From positions 69,378,001 to 69,442,000 of the forward strand of contig OX597831.1 in NCBI GenBank assembly GCA_951406725.2: a stretch of 64,000 nt of DNA. The letters run 5' to 3'. This DNA is from Octopus vulgaris. Lineage: Eukaryota. The notes under the pieces were generated by a model. It searched no databases, was not told the DNA's origin, and saw only the letters and a list, made by a program, of their open reading frames with translations. The position numbers and the translations under genes were made by a program. Numbering within the stretch: the stretch's first letter is position 1; each line of letters opens with the position of its first letter. Below, one piece after another: positions 36,607-50,151 of this stretch.

Positions 36607-36790
36607 GCGCACACACGCGCACACACACACACACATACACACATGCACACACACACGCGCGCGCACACACACGCACATACACACATGCACACACACACAT
36701 GCACACACACATACACACATACACACACACACACACACACGCACGCACACACACACACATTCACACACACAACACACACACACACAAATG
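36395..36790. repeat. (CA)n field with a duplicated ~40-bp unique spacer
   Basis: ACCTCAAGTATAACAAGAAATAAATAAATATATGCAC occurs at ~36367 and ~36534. Confidence 0.9.
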
Positions 36791-36951
36791 CCTCATATCC
36801 TAAAGTAGTAATTTCATTGTTTAATTCTTTATCGAAGCAGCATGATGGAGTTATTATAGGAGTCGTTATTCTGCTGATTTTTCTTTCTTGCAGCAACTGC
36901 TGAAGTCTAATGTTAGTCAGTCATATTCATATACCCCCTCTAATCCATAAA

Positions 36952-37349
36952 TCTTTATATATAAAAGTGAGGTTGTGTGCTGTCTGTCTCCTACGATTTA
37001 GATTCCTAACTACTCCCACATTTTGCGGTGCAGTTTAACCAAACCCGGGTATCTTATAGTCGTGATTCATATCGAGCCCTTCTGGGCATTAGCGCGCGTC
37101 TACGATGAGTCTACGATTTAAAAAAAAATTTACCATCAATTTTTCCCATTTTTAATGCATTTTTGGCATATATAAGGGAAGTAACTCTCTAAAAATTTAT
37201 TATTAAATCTCAGAATGTAAAAAGCTACAGTAACACCACCCTCCTTTGTGGTTAGCCATATTGAGATGGCTATTATACTTAACATCTCTAAAAATGCTTA
37301 TATAGTTATTTCCCTTACAAACCCGAGCAACGCCGGGCGATACTGCTAG
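36952..37349 (+). mobile_element. Non-autonomous Helitron (~400 bp)
   Basis: A^TCTTTATATATAAAAG 5' end; 3' hairpin CCCGAGCAACGCCGGG followed by CTGCTAG^T. Confidence 0.85.
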
Positions 37350-38591
37350 TATCTAATAAAATGATAAGATTGAGCAACAGGTCTAAAAAGTCGAATTGGA
37401 TACAACAAATCGCTGGAGTAAATTATTTTTCACTTGCTGCCTTTCTTACAACTAATCACCAAACTATTACATAAGAGTGAAACTTATTTCTAAATCAGGC
37501 ATAATTTTTTTTTTTTTTAGGTGAACAAATGATCTTATGATCTCATAACAATGTAGCTAGTATTTCTATCTCTTTAACCTCATAACGGGCAGCATGTATG
37601 CTGTAGTATATTTATTTCTGTACTGTAGATTGCTTCAAGATACAGTCCACAGTAACTATTAATGATATATAATGTTTGAATTATTTCACATAACTATTTA
37701 GTGTAAATCTTATTCTCTCACTGCAACTCTTTCCTATTTTTCTCTTCACGTTTTCTATAATTCTTTCGTTCAAAGAAATTGTCGGAAAATGATTGACGAA
37801 TTGTTACATAGTTTGACCTAATGGTTAATGTCCCACCCACTCCCAAACTATAAATCATAAGCCATTCAACTTTGCTACATTGATGCATTTATAAACACCA
37901 TAAAATTGCATTCCTTACATTTCATTTTTTTTTCTGTCCAGCTTGAACAAATCTGTAATTTCCTATAAACTTTATCATAAACTTTCTTACAAATTTATTA
38001 CACTAAGTTGCACATCTAAGTTTTCATCTTCCATATTGTATGAGTTTCAAATATAATCTTTCTTTCTTTCTTTCTTTTTTATTTCTTTCTTTTCTTCTTG
38101 TTTCTTTCTCTTTCTCTCTCTCTCTCTCTCTCTCATTACACACCTCTTACCCTTTGCTATATTTCAATTTGGTCAATAATAGTGATTTTCCACTTTCCTT
38201 CTGCTATATAACCATGTTTCTGCTTATCTCAATCTTAGCTACTATCAATCACTATTTAATATTAGATTAACATCAGGTTTGCTTATTTTCACTTCATTTC
38301 AAACCGTTACATCGAAGTTTGAATTAGCAATGGAATGTCTACTAGGAACTTGACATGGTCACTGTGCAAAAATATCTCCTGAAACAAATTTCTTATTGAA
38401 TTTTAGATGGAGGCCACTTATACGTCCTAAATGTTACTACAACAAACCCTAAAATAAAGATTACACAGTTGCAAATGGCAATGAAGCTCTTCATGTTATC
38501 AGTTGCCTCCACAAACTTAATTTACTGAAGTGACTTGACTTTGATTTTCTCAGTAACAACAGTTTTAGCATTGTCTGAAGCAGAGAATACT

Positions 38592-38977
38592 GGATGGAAG
38601 CACTCCGTCGGTTACAACGACGAGGGTTCCGGTTGATCCGAATCAATGGAACAGCCTGCTCATGAAATTAACGTGTAAGTGGCTGAGCACTCCACAGACA
38701 CGTGTACCCTTAACGTAGTTCTCGGGAATATTCAGCGTGACACAGAGAGTGACAAAGCTGGCCCCTTGAAGTACAGGTACAACAGAAACAGGAAGTAAGA
38801 GTGAGAGAAAGTTGTGGTGAAAGAGTACAGCAGGGATCACCACCATCCCCTGCCGGAGCCTCGTGGAGCTTTCTGTGTTTTCGCTCAATAAACACTCACA
38901 ACGCCCGGTCTGGGAATCGAAACCGCGATCCTATGACCGCGAGTCCGCTGCCCTAACCACTGGGCCATTGCACCTCC
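38592..38977 (-). mobile_element. SINE family B (tail type 1), with 10-bp TSD
   Basis: Homology to 9751-10143; TSD AGAGAATACT at 38582-38591 and 38978-38987. Confidence 0.92.
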
Positions 38978-39652
38978 AGAGAATACTATGAATCTTTATT
39001 GACAAAATATCTGACACATTCGCCATAGTTTTCCAACTCCTCAAGAGATAACAGGTTTGTTTCAGCTACTGCTTTAATTTAAAGTATTTTTTTTTAGAAA
39101 GTATTCAGAACATTAGTGGATAAAAGTAAAAATATGCTACAAAGTGTTTAATTTGGTGTGCTATGATTTCTACTAATCTTTTGTCCAGTCATCCATTATG
39201 TTGTATTTTCTGGAAGAGTAAACACAACTCTACCTATCTTGGTTTTTCTGATGAATGACTTGTTAGCATTAGAAAAGATATCTAACTGACAGAAGCCAAA
39301 TGCTCATAATATGAAATAATGCAGGAAAATGAATACAGAGACTCTAATATCAGCAGAGAAGGATCGCTGTTTGTTTGCATGCCAAAGGAGGGATTGATCA
39401 TACCAAAACACATAACTGAGCCACCTAGTGATGAATTAAGCGTATGGAATAGGATATACTTTGCTGAGAAGACCTTAAGATATTCAGAGTTGTTTTCCAA
39501 ACTCTCTGAAATAATAAAAAATGATGATAATAGTAATGATAATAATGCAAGAATTGAAGGAAAGGGGGAGCAAAGAAATAAATACAATCATCATGGAATG
39601 CTACTATAGGAGCCAAACCATAAAGAAAAATGAAGTACCAATAAGAGAATAT

Positions 39653-39953
39653 CTCCTGTTCCTTCTCGAGCCATGCCTGGCTCATAGGGCCAGTTTCCTG
39701 GTGTCTAGATGTATAGGTTCCCCACCTGAATGGGACGCCAATTTGTCGCAGGTGAGCTGCAAGATGCAGGAGGAAAGAGTGAGAGAAAGTTGTGGTGAAA
39801 GAGTCAGCAGAAGTTTCGCCATTACCTTCTGCTGGAGCCACATGGAGCTTAGGTGTTTTGCTCATAAAAACACACACTACCCGGTCTGAGATTCGAACCC
39901 GCAATCCCTTGACTGCAAGTCCGCTGCTCTAACCACTAGGGCATGTGCCTCCA
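39653..39953 (-). mobile_element. SINE family B-related head and core with tail type 3; 14-bp TSD
   Basis: Shares the AAGAGTGAGAGAAAGTTGTGGTGAAAGAGT core; novel 3' part; TSD CAATAAGAGAATAT at 39639-39652 and 39954-39967. Confidence 0.88.
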
Positions 39954-41338
39954 CAATAAGAGAATATGGAAAAAGGTTGTACCAAGAATGGCAACAATAT
40001 GAAATATTTGAACTGCCAAACATCCTTTTTGTTGCTGCTATTGGTATCCTACTCGATTTTTTTGTTATAAGTCTCTTATGACATGCAACAGATGTAACAG
40101 TCACTGTTGCACTAAATGTTCAAATTTATTTATATGTATTTTTGACAATTACTTATTGATTGTTGTATATGATTTTCTGTTCATAACTCTAATCTCATAA
40201 AACTGTAAATAGGATTGATAATGCTTCTATTGTCAATGAAAGTCATGTATAAATCAGCAATAAATAAAGGCACTTCAAGTCAACCATCTCTATCTAATTT
40301 GGCTCTTATGCCATGTGTACAGAATGATCCACAAGAATATTCACATATTTAGCCACAATATTGCTCACACACACATGCAGACACAATATGCATATGCACA
40401 TCAATACACAGGAATACTCACATCATATGCATACACAACTACAAATGCATGCATTTACATAAGTACTTATATACCCACAAATAAAAGAGACATACATTGA
40501 AAGCGTAGAGCATTTACATTTGTATAATTCCAGAGCTGCCACAATGCACAAAACTGGTTTTCTATTGTAAAAGTCTGTTCTTCTCCTGACTAATTGGTTA
40601 GCTAGAATTTAGTGAATGCAGTGCTGTTAGTCTTGGTAATTTAAATAAGTTATCCCAAGAAACGTCATTATAATTGCTGGTTTCATGAAATGGGGACCGA
40701 AGAAAATGGTTAGCAAAGCATATTGATGAATATACTAATGTAATTTGAGAACATCATAAGATACACAATGATAATAATAATGAATGTCTCTTTGCAGACA
40801 CTTGATATGCAAGAAATAGCAGCCAAATCAGAACCTCCTCTTTAATATAAGAAAAAAAGGTTATGCAATAAATACCTTTGTGTGGTAGATTTAATTCATC
40901 ACCATGTTTAACACCACCACTTGGCCCTCAGGTGTTTCAGGAGAATACAATTGGTTATAAACATTCAGTTCATGTCAGCAGAATCAGTCTGAAGGTGACC
41001 TTATCCTCTCAACAGTCTTGGCAGTTTTACAAAAAGGTAATAGCAGCTACCCTTATATGGACTGTTAAGTATAGCTAAGCCACAATGAATGGCACAACTA
41101 CAAAACTATATCAATGTGATTTATTTTGTTTAGAATTGTTTACATTTCATCAGTGATTAAGGAAAAAGACTGCATTCTTCTGCTGTGTGTGTTAAATTGC
41201 ATTTGTTGAAAACACTCAATAAATCAATGTAAATTCCGTTATTGTCATGTAGTCCCAGATCAGCTGTTCATTTGCAAAAAACTACTATCAAATATATATA
41301 GATCTCTGGTCAAAAGATCCTGTCTTTTCCAGTCATAA

Positions 41339-41750
41339 TACTCTTTTACTCTTTTACTTGTTTTAGTCATTTGACAGTGGCCATGCTGGAGCACCACCTT
41401 TAGTCGAGCAAATCGACCCCAGGACTTATTCTTTGTAAGCCTAGTACTTATTCTATCGATATCTTTTGCCAAACTGCTAAGCTACGGGGATGTAAACACA
41501 CCAGCACTGGTTGTCAAGCAATGTTGGGTGGGGGGACAAACACAGACACACAAACACATACACATACATATATATATACATATATATGACGGGCTTCTTT
41601 CAGTTTCCGTCTACCAAATCCATTCACAAGGCTTTGGTCGGCCCGAGGCTATGGTAGAAGACACTTGCCCAAGGTGCCACGCAGTGGGACTCAACCCGGA
41701 ACCATGTAGTTTGTAAGCAAGCTACTTACCACACAGCCACTTCTATGCCT
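41339..41750 (-). mobile_element. tRNA-derived SINE, family A
   Basis: Full-length homology. Confidence 0.92.
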
Positions 41751-42864
41751 ATAATCTAGCTTACATTATAGAATTAGTATTTTTTAAATCAGATGCAACT
41801 TTTAGCAGATCTAATAATCATGCAGGGACTTCTTTAGTAACTTATTGTCAACTCAGCAGTACTTTTCTGCGTTCATTTTTTTTTTTTCCTTTCTTGACTT
41901 CTTTTTACTCCAATAGTAGTAACAGAAATATTGTCAAAATCTATATGAACAGTTCTGTTCTTTTTGTTTTTTGGTTTTTACGATCAAATGGGTTTCTCTG
42001 AAATTTACTTTCTCACGTTCTTTCTTTACTACAATATGAATGTATTTGTGCATTTGTGTTTGTGTACCTGTGTGTGTGAAATTATGTCAGTTCAAAAGTA
42101 CTTACAGTCAGCATTTATTCGTGTCAGAATGCTTTCATACTGTTCAGTATGATTTTTAAGTGCCTTACTTACAGAAATATCAGAAATTATGAATTGATTT
42201 ACTAAACTTAAAATATCTTGAAAATAATATGATTTATATTAAAGAAGTAGGAGTCACCATCTTCTGAAATAGTTGTGAATTTAAAGTACTGCATAACGCC
42301 ATTGCTTCAGACTTCATTACAACAATTTTTCTCAATTCCTTTTAAAAACTCATATCTAATACTAATCAGTTCCTAGCATCTTACAATAAAGAAAGCAATA
42401 TACTTCAGTGTTGGGTTCTGGTCTACAAAATCAATAAAGCTTTGGATCAGAATAAGGTTATGGTGTATCTATGCAAAAGTCAATTTACCTCAGTCTGTCT
42501 AGTTGACAAAAACAAGATCCAATTTCCAATTGCAATTTCACAGTTGTTAGAAGCAGGAAGATTATTCAGCTGTTAAAAAACATCAGTTGTAATTAAAGCC
42601 TTCCTAAATAGTAAGGGGCTGTGAATGTAAGCAGTCAAATGAAGTAATGAAGAAAAACCCCCCAAATGAAGTAATGAAGAAAAACCCCCCAAAAAACAAG
42701 AGGTTTTGCAAGAAATTTTTTAATCTCTTTTCCTGCTTTCCTGGAATTTGGAAAATGAAAAACAGGCTCTTTGTCTGCTTATAGAATATAACTCTATTCA
42801 AAATAGAAGGCAAAAATAGTTATTTATGATCCAAAATGAGAATACTTCATATGAAGTGTAGGAT

Positions 42865-43101
42865 CAATGAAACACCTGGCTGACGACAGTCAAGGCTGAT
42901 CTGGAACCCAACCTAGGCCCCCCCTGTCTATGGTGTTCGCCGCTGGAATGAGGAGTGGTTGGAGATCATGCGGTCGTTAGCCTCAAATCGACAGGCTTGG
43001 TCAGCGTTTGTGAGAGATGCAGCATTGAGGATGAATGAAGCCAGCTCAACCCACCCCGGGTGAATGCTGTAAGAAGAAGAAGAAGAAGAAGAAAAAGAAG
43101 G
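42865..43101 (+). mobile_element. Short 5'-truncated RTE LINE (third family) with (GAA)n tail and 10-bp TSD
   Basis: TWLTTVKADLEP..GVRRWNEEWLE..LASNRQAWSAFVRD; TSD AGTGTAGGAT at 42855-42864 and 43102-43111. Confidence 0.85.
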
Positions 43102-43586
43102 AGTGTAGGATGGTAAGTAGTTAAAAATTGCCTGAGCCTTTCTGTATTTAAATTTACCTCACTAAGTTCTGAGTTTCAAATGCAATCACAGTTAAACTTT
43201 CCATTTCTTTTGATGATGTCAATAAAAGGAGTACTAGCATTACAATTCCTTTATTTCCTAAAAAAAAAATTATATTTTCAAGTACAACAACAACCTCTGT
43301 ATTTTAGTTGTAGATTCTTGAGAGCTCATGTGACTAAACTATTTCACTCAGGAAATTATAATTGTAATCATTTTACTTTCACCAAAATCTATTCTATATC
43401 CTCTGTAAATATCAAGTGTTATTTCTTCCCAAAAGAATTTGTGCACGACAAATTGTCTCTAGGCTAGATCCATAGTTAACTCCACTGTGAACTATTTGTT
43501 GACCCAGTTACTTTAGGGAAAAATCTGCTTCAATTAAGTATTTAGATTTAGTCATTTTAGGAATATCTTAGAGTGAGGATTTCCAA

Positions 43587-43788
43587 CCGTGCCAGTGGCA
43601 TGTAAAAGCACCCACTACACTCTCAGAGTGGTTGGCGTTAGGAAGGGCTTCCAGCTTTAGAAACTCTGCCAGATCAAAACTGGAGCTTGGTGCAGCCATC
43701 TGGTTCACCAGCTCAAAGTCAAACCGTCCAACCCATGCTAGCATGGAAAGCGGACGTTAAATGACGATGATGATGATGATGATGATGA
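43587..43788 (+). mobile_element. RTE LINE 3'UTR copy with (GAT)n tail
   Basis: Homology to 25480-25660. Confidence 0.87.
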
Positions 43789-44117
43789 CATTGTTTGACA
43801 AGCAGAGTATACTGCCAAAACATCTTTAGAACAAAACCACAATTTTAAGGGAATGAAATGGTGACCATAAGCTGAGAGAAAAAGAAAGGAAAGTAGTTGT
43901 AAACAGAAGCTTGAATGCACTCTACCATAGATAAATGACGAGAGAGTTGTGATTCAATGAATGCAGTGATTCAACTAATTGTGCTGTTTACAGTATTTTT
44001 GATGTGTTATGATAACATGAGATAACTTTAATATAAACCAGGAATGTATTATGACTAAGTGACTCTTGAACTCAGAACAGAGGATTTCATTAGGATGTAT
44101 TAATTATATATCAAGGT

Positions 44118-44481
44118 TGACTGTGGCCATGTTGGAGCACAGTCTTGATGCATTTTAGTTGAACAAATCAATCCCAGGACTCATTTTTTAAGCCTAGTAC
44201 TCATTCTATTGGTCTCTTTTGCTAAGTTACAGGGATGTAAACACACCAACACCAGTTATGAAGTGGTGATAGGGTGACAAACACTGACACAAAGACATGC
44301 ACACGTACATACATACATACATACATACATACATACATACATACATACATGCATACATACATAAATACATACATGCATGCATGCATGCATACATTCATAC
44401 ATACATACATACAAACATACGTACGTACATACCTACATACATACATTCATACATACATACATACATACATACATACATACA

Positions 44482-44513
<32 letters not shown>

Positions 44514-44529
44514 CATACATACATATACA
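44118..44529 (-). mobile_element. 3' half of SINE A running into an expanded (TACA)n microsatellite
   Basis: SINE homology at 44118-44295; (TACA)n at 44305-44529. Confidence 0.8.
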
Positions 44530-45077
44530 GTTAGCGAGGGCTGTGGTTGAATGAATGTAATGTGGTTTAAGCTCTGATGATATAAAGTCTTCTGATTAAA
44601 CTGAGTCAAGATGAATATCAATAAGAAAATACAAAGGAAAGTTTTAAAATACTGGACTGCAATATTTATTTCTGTCAATAAAGTGCATCGACTGACACAA
44701 GAAATAGAACTCTGTCAAAGACTTTACATGGTTTCACAATGTTTCTTGAAGTTGAAGTTAAATGTTGTAAGAAACACAAAACGTAGCATCAAAGATTCCA
44801 GTTATAAATCTCTCCTTACTAAAACTGCAAATTGGTAAAAACTGATCTCATATCAAAAATCAAAGCTTGCTCATAACTCATCTCCCTCTCAGATTAGTGA
44901 GAAAATCGTCCCTTAAATAGCTGATGTAGAGATGCCTGGCTAGTCTGTCACATTAAGTGGTGGACAGTCCAAGTAAAGCTAAATGGACTGGACCATCATG
45001 TGACAAGCCAAAATGGGTATCTGAAAGTCAAGAGACAAAATGTGAGCAGCTAAAGGTAAAGAGTGAACATGCTTCTG

Positions 45078-45252
45078 CTACACACACACATATACGACAG
45101 GCATCTTTCGGTTTCTGTCTACCAAGTCCACTCACAAAGCTTTGGTTGGCCTGATGCTATATCAGAAAACACCTGCCCAAGGTACCATGCAGTGGGACTG
45201 AACCTAGAACCATGTGGCTGGAAAGCAAGGTTCTTAACACAGCCATGCCTAG
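45078..45252 (-). mobile_element. 5' half of SINE A
   Basis: TACGACAGGC..CCACTCACAAAGC..GGGACTGAACC..ACACAGCC. Confidence 0.8.
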
Positions 45253-45439
45253 TTGAAAACAAAAAACGATTTGGTTTTGTGGTAAACATTTGTTGGTGCT
45301 GATATTTTGTCAAGTCTTTGGAGGGACACTAATAACAGCCTTACAAAAATTTTTAGATGACACAAGATTCAGATCAGTCTTGTGTCATCTAAAGTAAAAC
45401 CTAAAAAAATACACTGTTATTTTATATTAATTTCTAGTT

Positions 45440-46200
45440 GATGCAGTTTCCAGTGATGCCATCAGGTTTTGGAGCAATTGCTCATTGTTGTGCTGAATAT
45501 TTCTCTGAAAGTCATGGCAGAAGCTTTTTATTGCAAACCGACCATAGATATTTGCTGCCAATTTCTGGGTCGAAAAAAGGGTTACCAACTCATTCTGCAA
45601 GCCATATGCAACATTGGGGTATAATATTAGTAAATTATAATTTCAAAATGCAATACATTCCATGGAAAAAATCGGTCATGCGGACTGTCTTTCGCGATTA
45701 ATTCCAAAAAATATGGAACCACTAGAAAAGACTGTTAGCTGCACTGCAGACAGAAAGTGAAATTAAAAGTGTTATGACGAACGTTATCCAAGAACTACCA
45801 GTGACTGCACAGGATATAAGAATGAAAGCTTTTGGTGATGAGTATATTACGAAAATACAAGAAGCTTTAAAAAATAAACTGGAAAAAAATTCAGATGCCT
45901 GTAGTTTTTCAATCTGCAATGATATTCTGATGTATGCCCAAAGAATGGTGGTTCCAACTACATTACAAAAAGGTGTATTGCGACAATTCCACAGAGGACA
46001 TCTGTTAATGGTAAGGATGAAGGCTCTGAAGAGGAGTTATGTCTGTTTGCCATCTATGGATGGAAATATCGAAAACTTGGTGGGAATGCACCAAGGTTGC
46101 GCCCATGCAGCCAAAACCTCACCAGTAAAATACCAATCATGACCAGGAATGGAGAACCCATGGCTTAGGTTACACATTGGATCGATATGCTGGACCGATA
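45440..46200 (+). mobile_element. Ty3/Gypsy (Mag-like) pol relic: RNase H to integrase Zn-binding region
   Basis: HGRSFLLQTDHRYLL..GSKKGLPTHSA..W..IL..YNFKMQY..GHADCLSR; RMVVPTTLQKGVLRQFHRGH..RMKAL.RSYV..MDGNIE..PWLRLHI. Confidence 0.85.
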
Positions 46201-47114
46201 TGACAACATTCGTCTATGGCAGGAAACATTCTCTGCTGATCTGATATATTTTATCAACCCAAGAATGATGAAAGACTAAGTCAACCTAGCAGGATTTGAT
46301 CTGCCTATAAACACAATGTAGGAAATTTGTGTAGGGAATTTAAACTCATGTCTTATGAGCAGGCAGTTTAATATCGTAAAAAATCAGCCATTATATCTTA
46401 ATTGTAAAAATAACAATTATCTGTTTGCCCAGTCCCCACTCTATTCCAAAACTTGTACTATTATCACTTTCCGTATGATTAAACAAATCCCTGTCAGCAA
46501 CAGAACAAAAACAACGTATTTTATATTAATTTCTAGTTGATGCAGTTTCCAGTGATGCCATCAGGTTTTGGAGCAATTGCTCATTGTTGTGCTGAATATT
46601 TCTCTGAAAGTCAATACAAGCTAATCATCTTCTATCCCCCTAATATTTGCCATAGAATTAGAAGAGCAATTATCAGAGTAATTATCAACTGGCTCCATTC
46701 TCAGTCACATACTGTGTTTCCTTCTCTTATCATGTGATTTAATTAAATTTCCTGATGGGATCACTGTAAACTGTTTCAATTGGAAATGGGTTTTTTCACC
46801 ATTATTATTGCTCCACACTTTACAGTTCATCTAATAAAATTTTTAATAAATTTCTTTCTCTTTTGTTTTCTATGATCAGTCACATTAAGACAAATAGATT
46901 TCTGGAACAGCAGTAACAATAACTCCAACAACAGCTTGGGAAGCACAAAGAGATATAATAACAACAACCATAGCAACAAGAACAAAAGCAATATGAATGT
47001 TAATAGTAATAATAGTGGTTTCTAACATTTGCGTAAGACAACAAATTTCCAAGGAAATCCCTCTCTCTCTCTCTTTCGGAGAGGCACTGAGCAGCTATAT
47101 GCACACATACACAC

Positions 47115-47260
47115 ATGGCAGTAACTCCTGCCTACCGAATTCAATCACAAAACTTCGGTGGGCTCAGGGCTATAGCGGAAGACACCTACCCAAAGTGCCA
47201 CGCAGTGGGACTGAACCCGAAACCATGTAGTTAGAAAGCACGCTCCCTAACCACACAGCA
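47115..47260 (-). mobile_element. 5' fragment of SINE A
   Basis: GGCTATAGCGGAAGACACC..GTGCCACGCAGTGGGACTGAACCC. Confidence 0.75.
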
Positions 47261-47339
47261 ATAGGTTATTGATTTAATTTCCCCTACTCTTTGATACATG
47301 TATTTCAATGTTTATTCCAACCAATAATCTGTTGTGATT

Positions 47340-47660
47340 GCTGCGATAAGTTGCTGGCAAATATCAAAGACTTATAGTTGTGTGTTGTATGTTGTCTGCT
47401 CTCAGCAAATCCTCTCATCCAGGACTATCATTCTACATGCTTATTGTCTGCATTCTAATCTGCGAAATCCAAATCCTTCTGTTTGCCCAGTCCCCACTCT
47501 ATTCCAAAACTTGTACTATTATCACTTTCCGTATGATTAAACAAATCCCTGTCAGCAACAGAAGTAGTAACAAGACGCAACCCTGTCTCATTCCACCTGC
47601 AGTGGTGTGAAAAGACGATTCTCTCGCCTTTGTCTTATAATTCACGTAAACACTTTTTTG
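47340..47660 (-). mobile_element. RTE-like reverse transcriptase fragment
   Basis: Minus strand gives GMRQGCVL.LLL.. and KDLDFAD* (DLDFADD motif). Confidence 0.65.
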
Positions 47661-48259
47661 TCACAGCTCACAGCTCACAGATATACACATTTACCATCTT
47701 TCCAGTTCTCTATCTTATATTCACATGCAACTGACAATAGAAATAACACTTGTATCGTCATCTAACATATGTGTTCATCTGAAATCAACCAGGCTTCACT
47801 TTTTGCAGTGTGAATTTAACAGTTTTCTGATTGAGTAAAGTAATCAGAATAGATATTAGATCCTACTGTAAAGACAGTTATGTCATCTTATCCTTCAACA
47901 ATCTTCTGAACCTTTCGTTCTATCTAGGTTTTATTTAGTAACTCAATATTTTTACCTCATTACGTATCCATTCTTCTTGATTACATGGCTTGCCCAGCTA
48001 GATTTTGTTTGTTTAGTTAAAAAAAAATTGTCATTTGATTCTAGCTATACATTATCACAAACCTTTTGCATGTGTGTGCATGCACGCACACATGCACACA
48101 CACACACATGCACACACACATGCACACACACACATGCATGCATGCACACACACAAAATAAGTCAGTTAAAAGCCAAAATCTATGAGAAATATTAGCGACA
48201 AGATGTAAGATAAAAAGAAAAGTAAAGTAGTAATTGAAGGGAAAATAAGGTGACTGCTA

Positions 48260-49620
48260 AAATTATTAGGTGCTAGAATGAAATGATATGATAATAGAAT
48301 GGAACAATTTCTCAAGAGCAGGCTCTTTCTAAATAACCAAAAGAAGCAAAAGGAAAACAAATTGAAGAATTCGAAGAAATAGAACATGGAAATAATGCCA
48401 TTGAAGATGCTAAAGTGACAGAGGTATATGGGTGAACAATACTAAACATAATTGTAGATTGGATTTTGATGGCGAAAAGAAAAATAGTAAGAAAACTCAT
48501 CAACAAAATACCTGAACATAATAATGGATATGCTATGAAAAACAAGCCAAAAAGCTTACCAGTTGGAGTTCATCAAACTAAGACAGCTCAAGGTTACTAA
48601 ATTAAACATCTGAAGTCAGTTGTTATGATTGAGAATAGCACAAATACTTGATGAAAGCCTTGGCTCTGATTTTGTCTGATGAAGTAAAGGAATTGTTGTT
48701 CTTTTACTTCATAATGAAAGACAAAATTAAAAAAAGATGTGAATTAAAGAAACTACTTGTCTTCCAATGATATGCTCGCTATTGATTAGCATAACCTCCA
48801 AAGAAATCTGTCAACAATTCAATATGAAAGTAACTGCTGCCAGAACAGAATTCCTGAAAACAAAGCAGATGAATCAATGATTAATTCCTCTCTGATAAAA
48901 CAATACTCTAAAATTTTAAAAGAGAACAGACATGGTTAGTTAGGCCTAGACTGATTATAAAAGACTTTCAATATGACCTGGGATAATCTAATGTGTGTAT
49001 ATATTCAAAGTAGCAGATACCATCAGATCATTTCTCTGAAGTAGCATGGACCTTTTACAGATGGAACTCATCTCAAGGAAGAAACTATTTATAATTACTC
49101 TTAGCATTTTGACTTGTATTTCTAGAAAACTAAAATCAGGATATAACTTAGGAAAAGGTGAACAAACCACAGCCACTGGGTATATATGAATAATTTGAAA
49201 TTATTCAGCAAGAATAAACAACAACCCAATACTTTGCTGAAAAGCATATGGGAAAATAAATGAGGACCTATACAGAGAATTCAGCATTAATATGTATCGT
49301 ATTCTGACCTTGAAGAGGGACAAACTGTCTGAGAAGGAATGAAATGAGTTCACTACTAGTGAGAATATAAAGCAAATTGATAAAAAAAGCTGGGTAGCCA
49401 TAAGTATTTAGGAGTTTTGGAGCAAAAAAAAAAGTGAAGGGCTTATTGTAAAATAAATACTCTCAGAGAGAGCCAAGAAAATTTTACAATCCTACTTCGC
49501 AGTAAAGATATTATCCTAGCTCTCAATTTATTCACTGTTTCATCATCTGATATGATGCAACTGGAACCCTCAAGAATCATAAAACATCAGTTAGAAAACT
49601 GGACAAGTTGCTGACAATAT
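48260..49620 (+). mobile_element. Heavily decayed R4/Dong-like LINE RT relic
   Basis: TDYK(K)TFN at ~48950 resembles WIDYKKAFD; HKYLGVLE at ~49399. Confidence 0.45.
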
Positions 49621-50112
49621 GAAATATGCATCACAAAATGTCCCTTAAGCTATCAACAACTTTTCCCTGCTTTCACTGTCTCATCTTTAGCATATGAAAT
49701 GTTGTTGGTATGTGAAACAAACCCTTTTAGGGGAAGCAGGTGTGATTTGTATAGACTTTGTCACCAGAATGTGATCTATGTAGACTAATTTGTTGAAATT
49801 TGAAATTTGTGATTTCAAACCATCAGTCTTATTCATGATGATGAGATAATGAAAGTTAAGAAATGTTAATGGATTTTGGTGATCATTCCAACAAACTGCA
49901 AGGGAGTTATGTATAAATATAAAAATATCTATAATAAAAATCGATAACAAAGAAATCATAATTGTGTTTTCAACACACAAACACACACATTTATATATAT
50001 ACATCCAATATGGTAATTTTCAAATGAAAAATTAGTCAAAAATTCTAAAAATAAAATTTAAAACAACAATTTTGAAAAGTGCTTCCGTATGTGTGTGCTT
50101 CTGTATGTGTGT

Positions 50113-50151
<39 letters not shown>

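Noticed and set aside
39245-39295. CTGATGA..GAAA motif
   Set aside because: The flanks cannot form stem I
39319-39609. 96-aa non-repetitive ORF
   Set aside because: No recognisable domain or convincing splice signals; cannot be supported
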